A stretch of 64,000 nucleotides of DNA from Octopus vulgaris. Taxonomy: Eukaryota. Where the stretch lies: contig OX597832.1 in assembly GCA_951406725.2 (NCBI GenBank), forward strand, positions 70,432,001 to 70,496,000. The letters are read 5' to 3'. The translations under genes and the position numbers were made by a program. Shown one piece after another: positions 59,211 to 64,000 of this stretch; the stretch's first letter is position 1; the number at the start of each line of letters is the position of its first letter. A model generated the notes under the pieces. That model saw only the letters and a program-made list of their open reading frames with translations, was not told where the DNA came from and searched no databases.

Positions 59211-61631
59211 CAAATGAGACAGCAAAACCAGAAAACTACAGACCAATAACCTGTCTCCCTACAATGTACAAAGCATTTACTGCAGTGATATCGCAAAGGT
59301 TGAACAATCACCTGGACGAAAACAACCTGTTCCCAGAAGAGCAGAAAGGATGCCGCAAAGGCTCATATGGCTGTAAAGATCAACTAATGATTAATAAAGC
59401 CATAATTGAAGACAGCCACAGAAAGAAGAAAGGCCTCAGTATGGCCTGGATCGACTACAAAAAGGCGTTTGATAGCATCCCCCACACATGGATCCTCGAA
59501 ACACTAGCCATTAACAAAATAGCACCAACAATTATAAAATTCATAGGGCACTCTATGAATAAATGGCAAAGAGTGCTACAGCTCCAAACAAAAGAGGGAC
59601 TCATGAAAAACGAAGCCATCCCCATTAGAAGAGGAATATTCCAGGGAGACACGCTCTCTCCACTCCTTTTCTGCTTGGCACTGTCACCTCTATCTGATAT
59701 GCTAAATAGAACTGGATGCGGATATAAATGTTACGGCAAAACGATCAGCCACCTTTTATATATAGATGACCTAAAACTATACGCTGCAAATGACAAACAG
59801 CTGGAAACACTATTAAAGACAGTTCATGGATTTACCAAAGAAATATATATGAAATTTGGATTAGAAAAATGCGCCAAAGTAACCCCGAAAAGAGAAAAAC
59901 TAGTTAAGAGTAGCAACATCACACTAGTTAAAACCAATGAAATAAAAGAATTAGACCAAAGCTAAACTTACAAATGCTTAGGAATCCATGAACTAGATAA
60001 GACACAACACACACAAATGAAAGAGAAAATAAAAAAAGAATATTATAGACGAGTTAGATCAATACTAAAAACGGAGCTCAATGCTAAAAACAAGATAATA
60101 GGTATTAACACTTTAACTGTCCCAGTTATAAGTTGCAGCTACAATATCCTTAACTGGACACTAAATGAACTGATCAAAATAGATACGAAAAATAATGACA
60201 GGATCTGGGATGCATCACCCAAAATCTGACATAGAAAGACTATATATACAACGTATAGAAGGTGGTAGAGGCCTTATACAGCTGGAAAACTACTATAAAA
60301 TAACCACCGTAGGACTGCAAAAATATCTACTTCAGAAGGAAGGAAAACTGATACAAATAGCGGCAAAACACGAGCAAGGCAAAAAACTGTTCTCAGTATT
60401 TAAGGAAGCTGACAAATACAAACAAGAAATCATACCACCTAATAAATATGAAGAAGAAGAAGAAGAAGAAGAAGAAGAAGAAGAAGAAGAAGAAGAAGAA
60501 GAAGAAGAAGAAGAAGAAGAAGAAGAAGAAGAAGAAGATGAAACAAATCACAGCACATACCTAAGGCACACAGAGCTGCGCTCGGTAGTGAAGTGAAAGC
60601 ACGCTATAAAAATAATGAAGAAGAAGAAGAAGAAGAAGAAGAAGAAGAAGAAGAAGAAGAAGAAGAAGAAGAAGAAGAAGAAGAAGAAGAAGAAGAAGAA
60701 ACAACAAAAGCTATAAAACAAATGAAGTCCAAACTAAAAATAGAACACCAACGAACCATGATAAAACGATGGCAAGAAAAGCCCCTTCATGGTAAATACT
60801 GGACTAAACTAAACGCAAAAGAAATAGACAAAGAAAAATCCCAGCAATGGTTGAGAAGCTCAAGACTCAAAGCAGAGACAGAGGGATTTTTAATTGCAGC
60901 ACAAGACCAAAGCCTCCCCACCAGAAATTACCAAAAACATGTAATGAAAAGAAATATTACAAGTAACTGCAGAATATGTGGAGATGAACAAGAAACAATA
61001 AATCATATTATCTCTAGCTGCCCAGTCCTGGCTAAGAAGGAATATATTCACAGACAGGACAGAGTTGGGACCTACATACATTGGAAGCTATGCCAACATT
61101 ATGGAATAACAACAGAAAAAAGATGGTATAGGCATACACCAGAAAAGGTCACAGAAAACTAGAAAGCAACCATACTCTGGGATATGCCGATACACACAGA
61201 TAGAGAAATTAAGGCCAACTGACCAGATATAGTTGTCAGAGATCATGAAGAAAAAAAATGCTTTCTAATTGATGTATCAATACCGGCAGATGACAATGTG
61301 TCTCTAAAAGAAATGGAAAAACTCTCAAAATACAAAGACCTGGAAATAGAGGTAACCAGAATGTGGAATCTAAAAACAGAAACAATTCCTATCATAGTAG
61401 GTGCCTTAAGCATGATGAAAAAATATTCAAACAAATACATAACAAAAACACCAGGACTTACAAACAAATATAACATACAGAAAATTGCACTACTAGGCAC
61501 TGCACACATCCTACGCAGAACACTTTCCATACAATAACCATCAGAGCATCACAACAAATCACAGCACATACCTAAGGCACACAGAGCTGCGCTCGGTAGT
61601 GAAGTGAAAGCACGCTATAAAAATAAAACTA

Positions 61632-61634
<3 letters not shown>
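59211..61634 (+). mobile_element. Younger 5'-truncated R4/Dong-type retrotransposon (RT-CCHC-RLE)
   Basis: YRPITCLPTMYK, WIDYKKAFDS, RGIFQGDTLSPLLF, YIDDLKL, CRICG...HIISSC, PDIVV...IDVSIP...KLSKY. It has a few stops and frameshifts, and a short 3' UTR ending ACTACTG+(AAT)n. Confidence 0.93.
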
Positions 61635-61711
<77 letters not shown>

Positions 61712-62131
61712 AGAAGAAGAAAAGAAGAAGAAGAAAAAAGAAGAAGAAAAAGAAGAAGAAGAAAAAGAAGAAGAAGAAGAAGAAGAAGAAGAAGAAGAAG
61801 AAGAAGAAGAAGAAGAAGAAGAAGAAGAAGGAGAAGAAGACGCACATTTACACGCATGAGCCCGATGTACCCATATCTGATGAGTGGTCATGATGGATAT
61901 ATTAGGGTTCCTACGTTCTGAGTTCAAATTCCGCCGAGGTCAACTTTGCCTTTCATCCTTTCGGGGTCGATAAATAAAGTACCAGTTTCGCACTGGGGGC
62001 GATGTAATCGACTCAATCCCTTCGTCTGTCCTTGTTTGTCCCCTCTGTGTTTAGCCCCTTGTGGGCAGTAAAGAAATATATTTGTACTCTAGGGTCAATT
62101 TGATGGAATGCGCTGCTCGCTCACTCAATAT

Positions 62132-62201
<70 letters not shown>

Positions 62202-62265
62202 ACTACTACAACTACTACTACAACTACTACTACAACTACTACTACAAATAATAATAATAATGATG

Positions 62266-62335
<70 letters not shown>

Positions 62336-62532
62336 TAATAACCTTTCAGCTGATGGCACAAGGCCTGAGATTTTTGGAGAGGGGACTATTCGATTACATC
62401 GACCTCAATGTTTCACCGGTAATTAATCTATCGATATCGAAAGGATGAAAGACAATGTTAATCTCGGTGGAATTTGAACACAGAACATAGCGACGGACGA
62501 AATACTGCTAAACCTTTTATCTGCTCCCCGCA

Positions 62533-62619
<87 letters not shown>

Positions 62620-62639
62620 GTAATAATAACAATAATAAC

Positions 62640-62694
<55 letters not shown>

Positions 62695-62704
62695 TTAATA
62701 ATAA

Positions 62705-63769
<1,065 letters not shown>

Positions 63770-63818
63770 GGATAATAATAATAATAATAATAATAATAAT
63801 GCTGATGATAATAATAAT

Positions 63819-63933
<115 letters not shown>

Positions 63934-64000
63934 AATGCCCTGATGCAGTAACAGACAGTGGCTCTCATGGCTTCTGATTAACTGATTAGAAGTGTTATCA

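Overview
This is AT-rich, microsatellite-saturated animal DNA. The SINE families and repeat style suggest an Octopus/coleoid cephalopod genome, which is an inference. There is one credible host gene: an intron-free PKDCC/VLK-like secretory-pathway kinase (11497-13374, +) with a long Gly-rich, triplet-repeat-encoded stem. The rest is simple repeats and mobile elements: a CR1-type LINE nested in a SINE, at least two SINE families, a near-intact mariner, Tc1 fragments, a Kolobok-like MITE, an internally deleted Helitron, R4/Dong-type RLE retrotransposons piled in (TAA)n, and Penelope-like GIY-YIG fragments with inverted pseudo-LTRs. Two signals stand out. (1) A set of type I hammerhead-ribozyme motifs with palindromic helix III (best at 21161-21245 -, 36512-36638 -, 37446-37530 +, plus a minimal one in the Penelope pLTRs) lies in short elements inserted into (TA)n. 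(2) A 5'-truncated pre-tRNA-Glu is fused to the same structured 3' tail carried by the CR1 LINE and the main SINE, and looks like a nascent SINE. Almost all other ORFs in the supplied track are microsatellite translations.
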